NCBI GenBank assembly: GCA_040755295.1
Contig: JBFMBK010000007.1
Coordinates: 35,932-99,931, forward strand
Source: Bacillota bacterium
GTDB taxonomy: Bacteria > Bacillota > Desulfotomaculia > Desulfotomaculales > Ammonificaceae
Length of the DNA stretch: 64,000 nucleotides
Reading direction: 5' to 3'
Positions 54,501-63,901 of this stretch are shown here, in pieces. The notes beneath the pieces were generated by a model. That model worked only from the letters and a program-made list of their open reading frames with translations, was not told where the DNA came from and searched no databases. Position numbers and translations under genes: made by a program. Every line of letters starts with the position of its first letter. Within the stretch, counting starts at the first letter, position 1.

Positions 54501-56400
54501 GAAGGACGGGGACGGCGCCGACGTGGCGTTTTCCAAGAGTATCAACGCCGCGGTGCTGACCATCGATCCGAACGGCGACCTTGAACGTAGCGTCACCTTT
54601 GCGGTTTATCTTCCTCCCGGAGCGGTCAAGGACACCGCGGATAATGCACTGGCCGACAGCTGCAGTTTCAGCTTTACCACCACGGCCTGGCAAATAACTA
54701 CCGTGGACGGTTCAGGGGGAGGTTATACGTCAATAGCTCTCGACGTATATGGGTATCCCCACATAAGTTACACAGCCGGCAGTACGTTGAAATATGTCTA
54801 TCAAAATGCCTCAGGCTGGCATACGGAAAACGTGGCAAACGCCCGCGTGGACGCTATGTGGACTTCAATCGCCCTGGATGCGTCGGGGAAACCGCATATT
54901 AGTTTCTGTGACTATTATTGGGATGAATTCTGGAACTATGATGGAGACTTAATATACGCTTTCAAAAACGGAAACTGGCAGACATACAATGTGGATAGTG
55001 CCGGCGACGTTGGTTATTACAATTCAATAAAAGTAGACTCAGGGTACCCGCACATCAGCTACTTCGACGATACCAACAACGACCTGAAATACGCTTCCAA
55101 GGACGCCGGCGGCTGGCATACGGAAACCGCAGACAATACAGGCAACGTAGGTAAAAACACGTCAATAGCCATTGACGGTACCGGGTATCCGCACATCAGC
55201 TACTTCGACGATACCAACTACGACCTTAAATATGTATACAAGGACGGCGGCGGCTGGCACGCCGAGACCGTGGACAGCGCCGGCAACGTGGGTTCGTACA
55301 CTGCGATCGCTTTGGATGCTTCGAATTACCCCCATATCAGCTATTACGACTATACCAATACCAACCTTAAATACGTGTACCAGGACGGTTCCGGCTGGCA
55401 CGCCGAAACCGTGGACGGCGCAAGCGCAACCGTAGGTTGGTACACATCAATAGCTTTGGGCCCTTTTAATTACCCGCGCATCAGTTACTATGACAATACC
55501 AACGGCGACCTCAAGTACGCGTACAAAGACGGTTCGGGCTGGCACGCCATGCAGGCGGACGGAACGGAAAGCAGCGTAGGCACGTACACGTCGCTGGCTT
55601 TGGACGCCTCGTATAACCCGCATATAAGCTACTACGACGGCGCCAATTACGACCTGAAGTACGCTTATCGGGATTTCTCTGCGCCGACAATCCAGAGCAC
55701 CGACCCGGCAAACGGCGCCACCGGGGTGGCTGTAAACAAGACCATTACCGTCACCTTCAGCGAGGACGTCCGGGCGGGCGGCAACTATCCGCAAGTTAAT
55801 TTGAAGCATCAAGACGGCAGCAACGTCGCATTTACCAAGAGCATCGCCGGCGCGGTGCTCACCATCGATCCCACAAGTGACCTGAGCAACAGCGTCACCT
55901 ACACCGTTTACGTTCCGGCGGGTTCGATAGAGGACTTAACCGATAATGCACTCGCCGCCGACTACAACTTCAGCTTTATTACCACTTCCGGCGGCGGCGG
56001 ACCAACCATCTCCATTACCCCCCCCCCTGGTATCAGCGGCTGGAGCCTGAACCCGTCTGCAAGCCAGCCCCAGACACAGGCCGGGACTCTTATCGTCGGA
56101 GTGGATCCCGACGATGAGTCCTGGGAGGTTACGGCGGAGGACGCCGACACCGCGAACACCAACGGCAAGATGACAGCCTGGAACGGTTCTTACGACACCG
56201 GCAGCAAATTACAGAACGCGATGAAGGTAGCGGCGGAATACGAGGTGACGCTGCCCGTCGGCGGCAAGATCGCGGATAATACCGGCGACCAGTCTGCTGA
56301 TGTGACCTTCAAGCAGACCGTAAGTTGGGCGGACCCGCCGCTGTCCGGCGGTTACTCCTACAGGATTATTGTTACCTTTACCGCATCGTTAACGGTATGA
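51559..56400 (+). CDS. giant secreted protein 2: propeller - Big_5 x2 - propeller - Big_5 - propeller - Big_5 - CTD
   Basis: 1613-aa ORF with alternative starts at 51577 and 51637. Signal peptide ..MVLGTALFFFILAVVGTCDVALA/FQ. The propellers lie at about 51718-52728, 53356-54372 and 54683-55674, and the CTD at 55987-56397. Confidence 0.9.
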   Translation: MKAGRTMVLVRWVTRFAFRCCLPRRRMVLGTALFFFILAVVGTCDVALAFQTPGYWATEYVAYEGHTVGRFSSLVLDGSGNPHISHYDATSGDLLYSYEDGSGWHTENVDGAGSDVGKYTSIVLDGSGYPHISYYDTTNGNLKYAYKDAGGWHAETEDQDTAGNVGQYTSLALNGSGYPCISYYDVSNTNLKYTYKDAGGWHAENAHGSANDVGKYSSMKLNASGYPCVGYYDATAGDLNYVYKTAGGWQAPAQVDGATNNQGQYSSLAFNASGYPCISYIAVANNNIRYAWWDGAAWNKQAASAGIFQGTDTSLAFDNSDLPAISYCDLSGDLSYVYKDAGGTWWSQHPNVACGSTYQTSLKFDADGNPRISCYYSTTGILGYARWVYDAAAPTVQSTDPANGATGVALNKTITATFDENIQQGANWSSIALKDQAGADVAFAKNIANSVLTIDPFSNFNYGVTYWVYAVAGSVKDMAENGLAGDYVFSFTAVADTTAPTVSNTNPSNGAMYVPLTKTITVTFNENIQAGDNYGSITLKDSAETTVAVTKSINGAILTIDPDGNLDYSETYTVRLPAGAIEDVWGNGLAGDYTFSFTTSGWWTETVDGASANVGQWTSIKIDASGYPHISYYDTTNTDLKYTYQDAGGWHTETIDGAGVSVGQYTSLALDTSDYPRVSYYDTTNGDLKYAYKDGSGWHTEQASGAGVNSGLYTSIILDASGYPHISYLEWYNSGPYGEPLYNLKHAYKDAGGWHTETADGGDCFGDTTSIDLDASGYPHISYCSAIYDVWQDTYVANLKYAYKDGSGWNLSAPDSAGDISGHWPSLTLDDSDYPHISYQDSAHLEYAYKDGSGWHYTTVDNSAGSCTSISLDVSGYPCISYSGGLKYAYKNASGWHTETADSAGYYTSFAFDTSGLPHASYWDNANGDLKYAYRPADVYLPTVHSTNPADAAVNIPVTKTVTVTFSENVLAGANYGLITLKDGDGADVAFSKSINAAVLTIDPNGDLERSVTFAVYLPPGAVKDTADNALADSCSFSFTTTAWQITTVDGSGGGYTSIALDVYGYPHISYTAGSTLKYVYQNASGWHTENVANARVDAMWTSIALDASGKPHISFCDYYWDEFWNYDGDLIYAFKNGNWQTYNVDSAGDVGYYNSIKVDSGYPHISYFDDTNNDLKYASKDAGGWHTETADNTGNVGKNTSIAIDGTGYPHISYFDDTNYDLKYVYKDGGGWHAETVDSAGNVGSYTAIALDASNYPHISYYDYTNTNLKYVYQDGSGWHAETVDGASATVGWYTSIALGPFNYPRISYYDNTNGDLKYAYKDGSGWHAMQADGTESSVGTYTSLALDASYNPHISYYDGANYDLKYAYRDFSAPTIQSTDPANGATGVAVNKTITVTFSEDVRAGGNYPQVNLKHQDGSNVAFTKSIAGAVLTIDPTSDLSNSVTYTVYVPAGSIEDLTDNALAADYNFSFITTSGGGGPTISITPPPGISGWSLNPSASQPQTQAGTLIVGVDPDDESWEVTAEDADTANTNGKMTAWNGSYDTGSKLQNAMKVAAEYEVTLPVGGKIADNTGDQSADVTFKQTVSWADPPLSGGYSYRIIVTFTASLTV

Positions 56401-56450
56401 TTGCTGTATAACATAAGCTTGCAGAAAACCTTAAAGGTTCTTTGCGGAAT

Positions 56451-56484
56451 ACAAACCTGCAGTTAAATGCAGGTTTGTTTATTA
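56451..56484 (+). terminator. rho-independent terminator
   Basis: acaaacctgca / tgcaggtttgt 11-bp stem with loop gttaaa, followed by ttatta. Confidence 0.75.
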
Positions 56485-56879
56485 TAACAGTTGTTTGGCC
56501 CGCGGTTTGCCGAACCGGCAGACCGCCAAGCCACCGGGGTTCTATAATCAGTCGTACGACTCTGATGGATACCGAATGCGCCTGGCGACTTAAAATTGTC
56601 AAAAAATTCTGACAAATAAAACCAGAATTTTCTCTAAAGAAACACAACCGCAATAACGAAAATTATTATGTAAATAAGTATGGCCTCCTAACATATCACA
56701 ATTAAAACCGTAGCCTATTGTACCATATTGCGAAAAATAATTTCTAACGCTCGCAGCCTATTCAATATTACTAATCCAAAGACATTAAGGTGTTGCCTGA
56801 AGACTTTCTAAGGCTGAAAGGCTTTAGCGGGAGGGCGAGGCGAGTGGTTCCAAGAGAACCGGCCGGGCAAATAATCGGC

Positions 56880-59800
56880 ATGTATCGGAAATTCGCCAGT
56901 ATAAGTTTTGTCCTGGCATTGGCATTCTTTTTTCTTTTGCTGAGCGCCGGCCCCTGGAGTGTCCACACAACGGCTTTGGCCGCGCCCGCTGTTCTTAATA
57001 CCGACCCGGCCGACGGCGCTACCGGCGTAGTAACGACCAAGACGATCACAGTTACTTTTGACGTATACATACAGGCCGGTTCCGCCTACGACACCATCGC
57101 TCTGAAAGACCAGAGCGGCGCCGACGTGGCGTTTAGCAAGAGCATTACCGACAACGTGCTCACGATAGACCCGACCAGTCTTCTCGAATGTAGTGTGACT
57201 TACTGGGTTTATATACCGGCTCTATCTGTAGAGAACCTTTCCGGCGAGCCTTTGCAGAGTGACTACAACTTCAGCTTTACCACTGAAGCGGCGCCTGTGG
57301 TGAGCAGCACCGATCCCACCGACGGCGCCACCGATATCAGGGTAAACAAAACCGCAACGGTTACCTTCGGTAAAAACATCCAGGCAGGCGCTGCTTACGC
57401 TGCTATCGCTCTTAAGGATCAGAGCGGCGCCGACGTTCCTTTCGCAAAGACCATCGCCAGCAATGTGCTCAGCATCGACCCGACCAGCGACCTGAATTGC
57501 AGCGTCAGCTACTGGGTCTACGTTCCCGCCGGCGCTATCGCCGACACGTCAGGAAATCCTACGGCGGCCGACTGCAACTTCAGCTTTACTACCTCTCCGG
57601 GCAAATGGTATTGCGAAATTGCGGATGCGACGGCCGACATCGGTCACTGGACCTCCTTAGCTTTAGATGTATATGGTCAGCCGCACGTAAGTTACTACTA
57701 TGTTACCGGCGGTGACCTGATGTACGCGTACAAAGATACCGCCTGGAATACGGAGACTGTGGACAGCGGAGACAGCGTGGGGCAGTACACCTCGATGGCT
57801 CTGGATGACGCGAATTATCCCCATATCAGCTACTACGATGTTACAAATACCGCTCTTAAATATGTCTATAAGAACGTTTCAGGTTGGCAAGTGGAGACCG
57901 TCGACGGCGCCGGCGACGTAGGCACGTATAATTCCCTAAAACTGGACTCATCGGGGTACCCGCACATCGCTTATTGCGATACGACCAACGGCTACCTGAA
58001 GTACGCTTACAAAGACGCAACCGGCTGGCACATAGAAAGTGTTGTCCGAATCGGCGGCGCCAGCGCCTGGATTTCTCTCGCTATTGATGCTAATGGATAC
58101 CCGCATATGAGTTACCTTTACTCCGATAATTGGGACCTCAAGTACACGTACAAAGACGTTTCCGGCTGGCACACCGAGACCGTGGAAAGTTCCGGCTATC
58201 CCGGGTATTACTCATCACTGGCCATTGATGCGTCCGGCCGTCCACATATCAGTTACGTAAAAGGCGCTGAGGCCATAGGTGGTCCGACCAACGACCTGAA
58301 GTACGCCTACAAAGACATTGACGGCTGGCATATCACGGCGGTGAACACTCCCGGTTGGGACTACTACTCGTCTTTGGTTCTTGACAGGTCGGGGTATCCG
58401 CATATCGGCCACTGGGACGCATCTAATAAATATCCCAGATATTCGTATCAGGATGTTTCCGGCTGGCACAAAGAGACCGTGCCCGACGGTTTCTATTCCG
58501 GCGAGTTTGTTTCTCTCGCTCTTGACGCTTCCGATAATCCGCGGATGACTTACTACAGAAGCGTCGGCGACGACCTGAAGTACGCCTGGTGGCTGACCGA
58601 CGCGCCGACGGTGACCGGAACCGACCCCCGCCGCGGCGCCGCCGATATCGCAATCGGCAAGACGATCTGCCTGACCTTCACCGAGGATGTGCAGGAAGGT
58701 GACAACTACGGTTCGATCACCTTGAAAGACGGGGGCGGCAGCGACGTTTCATTCACCAAGACGTTAAGCGGGAAGACGCTGACCATCGATCCCGACAGCA
58801 ACCTGGCCAACAGCACGACCTTCACGGTGACGATTCCAGCCGGCGTGGTGAAGGACGTGACGAACAACGTACTGGTAAGCGACTTCAGCTTCAGCTTTAC
58901 CACAGAACCGGCCCCTGCAGTCAGCGCCACGAACCCGGAAAGCGGCGCCACCGACGTCCGGATCGACCAGACGATTACTGTAACGTTCAATAAAAACGTC
59001 CAGGCCGGCGACAACTATGGGCAGATAAACCTGAAGGACGGAGACGGCGGCGATGTGGCTTTCAGCAAGAGCATCGCCGGCAGCGTCCTTACCGTCGACC
59101 CGACCGGCGTTCTCGAATATACCGTTACTTATACCGTGTACATTCCGGCGGGATGTGTAAAAGATGCTTCCGGCACCGGGCTGCCGGGGGATAACGACTT
59201 CAGCTTCACCACCGAAGCGCTGCTTGCGGTGTGGGACACCGATCCCGCCAGCGGCGCCGTAAATGTCCCGTCGGCCCAGACGGTCACTGTTACCTTCAGC
59301 CAGGACATACAGGCACATACCAACTATGCCTCGATCAATCTGAAACACCAGGACGGCAGTGATGTCGCTTTCACCAAAGGCATCAACGGCGCCGTGCTTA
59401 CCGTCGATCCTAACACAGACCTCAGCTACGGCGTGACGTATACGGTCTACGTGCCCGCCGATTCGGTCGCCACACTGGGTGGCAGCGGGCTGCCGTCGGA
59501 CTATAATTTGAATTTTACCACAGAGGCCGGAGGCAGCTGGCAGTTGCAAATCGCGGACGAATGGGGCCTGACCGGCTTGTGGACGTCCATAACCCTGGAT
59601 GTCTATGGGTACCCTCGTATCAGTTATTATTACGATTCCAGCGACGACCTGAAGTATGCGTATAAGGACTCCTCCGGCTGGCACACGACGACCGTGGATT
59701 CCGGGGGCGGTGTGGGGACGAATACTTCCATAGAAATGAATTCCGCCGGCTATCCCTGCATAAGTTACCGTGACGACACCAATGCCAATGTCAAGTACGC

Positions 59801-61580
59801 TTACCAAGACGCAAGCGGCTGGCATATGGAGCTTGTGGATGCGGAATACAGCGCCGGTTCCAATCAAACCGGTCTGGGTTTTGATTCTACCGGCTACCCC
59901 CATATCAGTTATCTTAGAATGATAGATGCCGGCACTTATCGCCTGATGCACGCATGGAAGGAGGCTGACGGCTGGCATAACGAGATCCTGGACTCCGATC
60001 TCAGCAGACCGGGACAGTGGTCATCCCTCGCCATAGATTCTTCCGGCGGAATCCATATCAGTTACTATCTTATCGGCGGCAACGCAACGCTGAGATACGC
60101 CTATAAACCGTCGGGCGGCGCCTGGAGCATTACCGACGCTGACCCCAGCGCGTGGATAACAGGTGAGTACTCGTCAATAGCCCTGGACGAATCGGGTTAT
60201 CCTCATTTCAGTAGTTCCGACCGCACCAACTGGGACCTGAGGTATGTTTATAAGGACGGCGCCGGCTGGCACAGGGAGAACGAGAATATTGACAGCGCCG
60301 ACCAGGTCGGAACGTGGACATCGATAGGGGTGAAAAACGGCTATCCGCATATAAGTTATTATGACATCACCAATACAGCCTTGAAATACGCCTATAAAGA
60401 CGCTTCGGGCTGGCATGCGGAAACAGTGGACAACAGTGCAAGTGTCGGCCAGTATACCTCAATTGTCCTGGACGTTTCCGGAAGCCCGTATATCAGTTAC
60501 TACGACGCGACTAATTTTGACTTGCGGTGTGCTTATTGGCTGCCCGCCAAACCAATGGTCGCCGGCGTCGATCCCCTCCGGAACTCTGCAAGCGTTACAC
60601 TGGACAAGACCATCACCGTCGGTTTCACCGAGGATGTGGTTTCGGGCGACAACTACGCCGGTATCGCCTTGAAGGACCAGAGCGGCGCGGACGTCCCGTT
60701 CACCAAGACGCTAAGCGGCAGGATGCTGACCATCGATCCGAACGACGATCTTAGTTACAGCGTTACCTATACGGTCTACGTCCCGGCAGGTTCGGTTAAA
60801 GACTCAGGCGGCAACGCCCTGGCCGGAGACTTCGACTACAGCTTTACAGCAGAACCGGACATATACCCGCCGGCCGTAAGCGGCACCGATCCGGCGAACG
60901 GCGCTACCGGCGTGACACTCGACAGAACCATAACAGTCACTTTTGATGAAGACATTCAGGCAAGCGCCAACTATGCCTCAATCAACCTCAAGCACGAGGA
61001 CGGCAGCGATGTTGCGTTCGGCAAAAGCATCGCCGGCGCGGTACTCATCATTGATCCGGACGCCAACCTAAGCGGCAGCGTCACCTACACCGTTTATGTC
61101 CCGGCAGGCTCAGTAAAGGACCTTGCCGACAATGATCTGGCTGCCGACTTCAACTTCAGTTTCACCACGGAGGCGCCGTCAGCCACCATCACGATCACCG
61201 CGCCCGCCGCTATCTCAGGCTGGAGCCTCAGCCCGGCTTCAAACCAGCCCCTTACGCAGTCCGGAACGCTTTCGATTGACGTCGAACCCGGCACTGAATC
61301 CTGGGAGGTTACCGCCTCCGACGCGGATACCGTGAATACGAACGGAAAGATGACCGCTTACAACGGTTCATACGATCTTGCGAAGAAGCTGCAGAACGCG
61401 ATGAGCGTGGCGGCGGGTTTCGAGGTGACCCTGCCCGCCGGGGGGAATATCGCTGAAAACACCGGCGACCAATCGGTGGATGTAACCTTCAAGCAGACGG
61501 TGGGATGGACTGACGAAATACTGTCCGGGGGTTATACCTACCGGATCGTCGTCACCTTCATCGCGTCGATTACGGTTTGA
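56880..61580 (+). CDS. giant secreted protein 3: Big_5 x2 - propeller - Big_5 x3 - propeller - Big_5 x2 - CTD
   Basis: The ORF is open from 56790. The ATG at 56880 gives the signal peptide MYRKFASISFVLALAFFFLLLSAGPWSVHTTALA/AP. The propellers lie at about 57597-58596 and 59530-60546, and the CTD at 61170-61577. Confidence 0.9.
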   Translation: MYRKFASISFVLALAFFFLLLSAGPWSVHTTALAAPAVLNTDPADGATGVVTTKTITVTFDVYIQAGSAYDTIALKDQSGADVAFSKSITDNVLTIDPTSLLECSVTYWVYIPALSVENLSGEPLQSDYNFSFTTEAAPVVSSTDPTDGATDIRVNKTATVTFGKNIQAGAAYAAIALKDQSGADVPFAKTIASNVLSIDPTSDLNCSVSYWVYVPAGAIADTSGNPTAADCNFSFTTSPGKWYCEIADATADIGHWTSLALDVYGQPHVSYYYVTGGDLMYAYKDTAWNTETVDSGDSVGQYTSMALDDANYPHISYYDVTNTALKYVYKNVSGWQVETVDGAGDVGTYNSLKLDSSGYPHIAYCDTTNGYLKYAYKDATGWHIESVVRIGGASAWISLAIDANGYPHMSYLYSDNWDLKYTYKDVSGWHTETVESSGYPGYYSSLAIDASGRPHISYVKGAEAIGGPTNDLKYAYKDIDGWHITAVNTPGWDYYSSLVLDRSGYPHIGHWDASNKYPRYSYQDVSGWHKETVPDGFYSGEFVSLALDASDNPRMTYYRSVGDDLKYAWWLTDAPTVTGTDPRRGAADIAIGKTICLTFTEDVQEGDNYGSITLKDGGGSDVSFTKTLSGKTLTIDPDSNLANSTTFTVTIPAGVVKDVTNNVLVSDFSFSFTTEPAPAVSATNPESGATDVRIDQTITVTFNKNVQAGDNYGQINLKDGDGGDVAFSKSIAGSVLTVDPTGVLEYTVTYTVYIPAGCVKDASGTGLPGDNDFSFTTEALLAVWDTDPASGAVNVPSAQTVTVTFSQDIQAHTNYASINLKHQDGSDVAFTKGINGAVLTVDPNTDLSYGVTYTVYVPADSVATLGGSGLPSDYNLNFTTEAGGSWQLQIADEWGLTGLWTSITLDVYGYPRISYYYDSSDDLKYAYKDSSGWHTTTVDSGGGVGTNTSIEMNSAGYPCISYRDDTNANVKYAYQDASGWHMELVDAEYSAGSNQTGLGFDSTGYPHISYLRMIDAGTYRLMHAWKEADGWHNEILDSDLSRPGQWSSLAIDSSGGIHISYYLIGGNATLRYAYKPSGGAWSITDADPSAWITGEYSSIALDESGYPHFSSSDRTNWDLRYVYKDGAGWHRENENIDSADQVGTWTSIGVKNGYPHISYYDITNTALKYAYKDASGWHAETVDNSASVGQYTSIVLDVSGSPYISYYDATNFDLRCAYWLPAKPMVAGVDPLRNSASVTLDKTITVGFTEDVVSGDNYAGIALKDQSGADVPFTKTLSGRMLTIDPNDDLSYSVTYTVYVPAGSVKDSGGNALAGDFDYSFTAEPDIYPPAVSGTDPANGATGVTLDRTITVTFDEDIQASANYASINLKHEDGSDVAFGKSIAGAVLIIDPDANLSGSVTYTVYVPAGSVKDLADNDLAADFNFSFTTEAPSATITITAPAAISGWSLSPASNQPLTQSGTLSIDVEPGTESWEVTASDADTVNTNGKMTAYNGSYDLAKKLQNAMSVAAGFEVTLPAGGNIAENTGDQSVDVTFKQTVGWTDEILSGGYTYRIVVTFIASITV

Positions 61581-61754
61581 AGTTAAGGAAATACAGCGGG
61601 CATTAATTCAGATAAGTTGGGGTATCCGAGTTAATTAAAACCAGACATAGGGTAAGGCAATCAACCGAGCCGTTAAAAATACTTTTCTTTATTGTTTTAA
61701 CAACATGTTAAAATAAAGATTAAACAACAATTCATTATATAATTATCTACTAAA

Positions 61755-62246
61755 ATGATACAGGGCTATACTATAAGACCCTTTAAGCACGGCGATCTCG
61801 GGCAGGTTCTATACCTCCACGGCCTTGTTTACAGCAGTGAGCATGGTTTCGATCTGAGCTTCGAGGGGTATGTGGCGGCAGGGATCGCTGAGTTCGCCTG
61901 TTCGTTCAAGGAAGGAAAGGACCAGCTTTGGGTAGCGGAGGCGGACGGGCAGGTTGCCGCTTCCATCGCTGTCTTCGGCCGCTCGGAGTCCGAGGCGCAG
62001 CTTCGCTGGTTTATCGTTCACCCCGCTTACCGCGGTTTAGGCATGGGAAAGGCTCTCCTCAAAGAAGCGCTCGAATTTGCAAAAAGATGCGCCTACACGA
62101 CTGTATTCCTTTGGACGCTGGGCCACCTTGACGCGGCGCGCCACCTATACAAGTCGGCTGGTTTTGTCCTGGCCGAAAAGAAGACGCACGTTCTATGGGG
62201 GAAGCTGCTTACGGAGGAGCGTTACGATTTAAGCCCGAACCCTTAG
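61755..62246 (+). CDS. GNAT-family N-acetyltransferase
   Basis: Acetyl-CoA motif A, QLRWFIVHPAYRGLGMGKALLKEALEFAK. 163 aa. Confidence 0.8.
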   Translation: MIQGYTIRPFKHGDLGQVLYLHGLVYSSEHGFDLSFEGYVAAGIAEFACSFKEGKDQLWVAEADGQVAASIAVFGRSESEAQLRWFIVHPAYRGLGMGKALLKEALEFAKRCAYTTVFLWTLGHLDAARHLYKSAGFVLAEKKTHVLWGKLLTEERYDLSPNP

Positions 62247-62403
62247 TTCCCCTGCGGTTTTGGACTAGGTATCTACTTCGAACTTTTTAATAATAATGTT
62301 ATTGCCCTTCAATGGGTAGCCACGATGGATGCTGATGTATTGACAGGCAAAATTCCGACGAGTTAATATTTACCATAGCGGAATTTAAAGAGGAGGTGGC
62401 GCC

Positions 62404-62778
62404 GTGAAGAAGATCGCCTTAATAAGCTGCACCATGGTCAGAAAGAGGAACCTTTGTCCCGGCGACGTGAGATGCCTGGTGGCGATGAACCGGAGGGAAG
62501 GGGAGTTCGAGCGGTATAAGGATGAGGATGTGGCGGTGGTCGGTATTGTGGACTGCGGCGAATGCGAAGGGAACAAAAGCGGCAGGGTGGTGTTGAGCCT
62601 GGCTACGTTAAAGGGACCGCTTGCGATGCTTAACGAAACACTGGACGTCATCCATATCGGAACCTGTATCATGAGCTTCTGCCCGCGGAAAGACGATATC
62701 CTCAAAGCCGTCAGGGATAAGGTGGGGATAGACGTCGTCGAGGGAGGGCACAAGTATATGCCGCCGAAAATCTTTTAA
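62404..62778 (+). CDS. Cys-rich small protein, CGGC-domain-like
   Basis: Cysteine pattern ISCTMV..CPGDVRC..VDCGECEGN..IGTCIMSFCP. The family call is tentative. Confidence 0.5.
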   Translation: MKKIALISCTMVRKRNLCPGDVRCLVAMNRREGEFERYKDEDVAVVGIVDCGECEGNKSGRVVLSLATLKGPLAMLNETLDVIHIGTCIMSFCPRKDDILKAVRDKVGIDVVEGGHKYMPPKIF

Positions 62779-62909
62779 CTGACAGGCAGGCATTTGTTCT
62801 TAAGTTGCGTGTAGCGCAAGTAAAGTTATCGGTATGGAATCCTGTGCTTGCTGTTTGGGAACAGGTTTACGTCCTTGTGACGAACTTGTTTTGCAGCACT
62901 CTTATAAGA

Positions 62910-63605
62910 CTACTTGGCTATTTTACAGTTGGCGCCGAGCTTTTCGAGCGCTCTTTTTTCGATTCTGGACACATAACTGCGGGAGATGCCGAGCACGTTG
63001 GCGATCTGGTGCTGCGTAAAGCACTGTCCGTTTAGGAACCCGTAGCGCGCGATGATGATCTTTCGTTCCCGGGAGGAGAGGTGGGAGAGTTTTTCGCGCA
63101 GCGACTTTTGTTCAAGGTGCTGTGAAACCTGGTCTATAACGGAATCCGGCTCGCTTCCCAGGATGTCGATGAGAGCTACCTCGTTCCCTTCCTTGTCTAC
63201 GCCCACCGGTTCATTGAGCGAAACCTCGGCGCGATTCTTCTTGGCGGCACGGAAAAACATGAGGATTTCATTTTCTATGCACCGGGCGGCATAGGTAGCA
63301 AGACGTGTGCCCTTATTGGGGTTGTACGTTTTGATGGCTTTGACAAGACCCACCGAGCCTATGGAAATCAAGTCTTCTGCATCGTACCCGGACCCTTCAT
63401 ACTTCTTCACGATATGAGCCACCAGGCGCAGGTTGTGTTCTACGAGGATGTTCCGGGCGGATTCATCACCGCGGAGCATCTGCCGGATATGTTTCTTTTC
63501 CTCTTCTTCCGAAAGCGGGCGGGGAAAGGAGTTGTTCGTAACGTAGCCGAGAAGCGGAAAAAACCCACTCGCCAGGGATATGGCCGTGGCAAATGCTGCT
63601 ATCAT
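62910..63605 (-). CDS. sigK: sporulation sigma factor SigK (pro-sigma-K), uninterrupted
   Basis: ..GYVTNNSFPRPLSEEEEKKHIRQMLRGDESARNILVEHNLRLVAHIVKKY..TRLATYAARCIENEILM..ISRSYVSRIEKRAL is closest to the Bacillus sigma-K pattern. The ATG at 63605 follows aggagggg. The track ORF start at 63719 is rejected. Confidence 0.88.
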   Translation of the reverse strand: MIAAFATAISLASGFFPLLGYVTNNSFPRPLSEEEEKKHIRQMLRGDESARNILVEHNLRLVAHIVKKYEGSGYDAEDLISIGSVGLVKAIKTYNPNKGTRLATYAARCIENEILMFFRAAKKNRAEVSLNEPVGVDKEGNEVALIDILGSEPDSVIDQVSQHLEQKSLREKLSHLSSRERKIIIARYGFLNGQCFTQHQIANVLGISRSYVSRIEKRALEKLGANCKIAK

Positions 63606-63901
63606 TAAACCCCTCCTGAAGATGTCAATCTCCGGACGACGATGCATATCGTCGACATTTACTGCAGATTTGCGGCGGCCGGTTCGGCATCGGCCAAGGG
63701 ATTGTGATGCCCGCTCCAACCGGACGAAAGGGGCCGAGCCGGCGGCAATGTCATAAAGGAATGTATTTTAATGTTACGCTTCGTGAAAATTGATTGTGCC
63801 TGTCCGGTCGATTTTTGTCTTCAACCTCTGGCGATTCAGGCAGATTTGGGTTAAGCTAAAAAAATGGGAAACGCTGAGCGGCTGAATATTTGCAAATGGG
63901 G

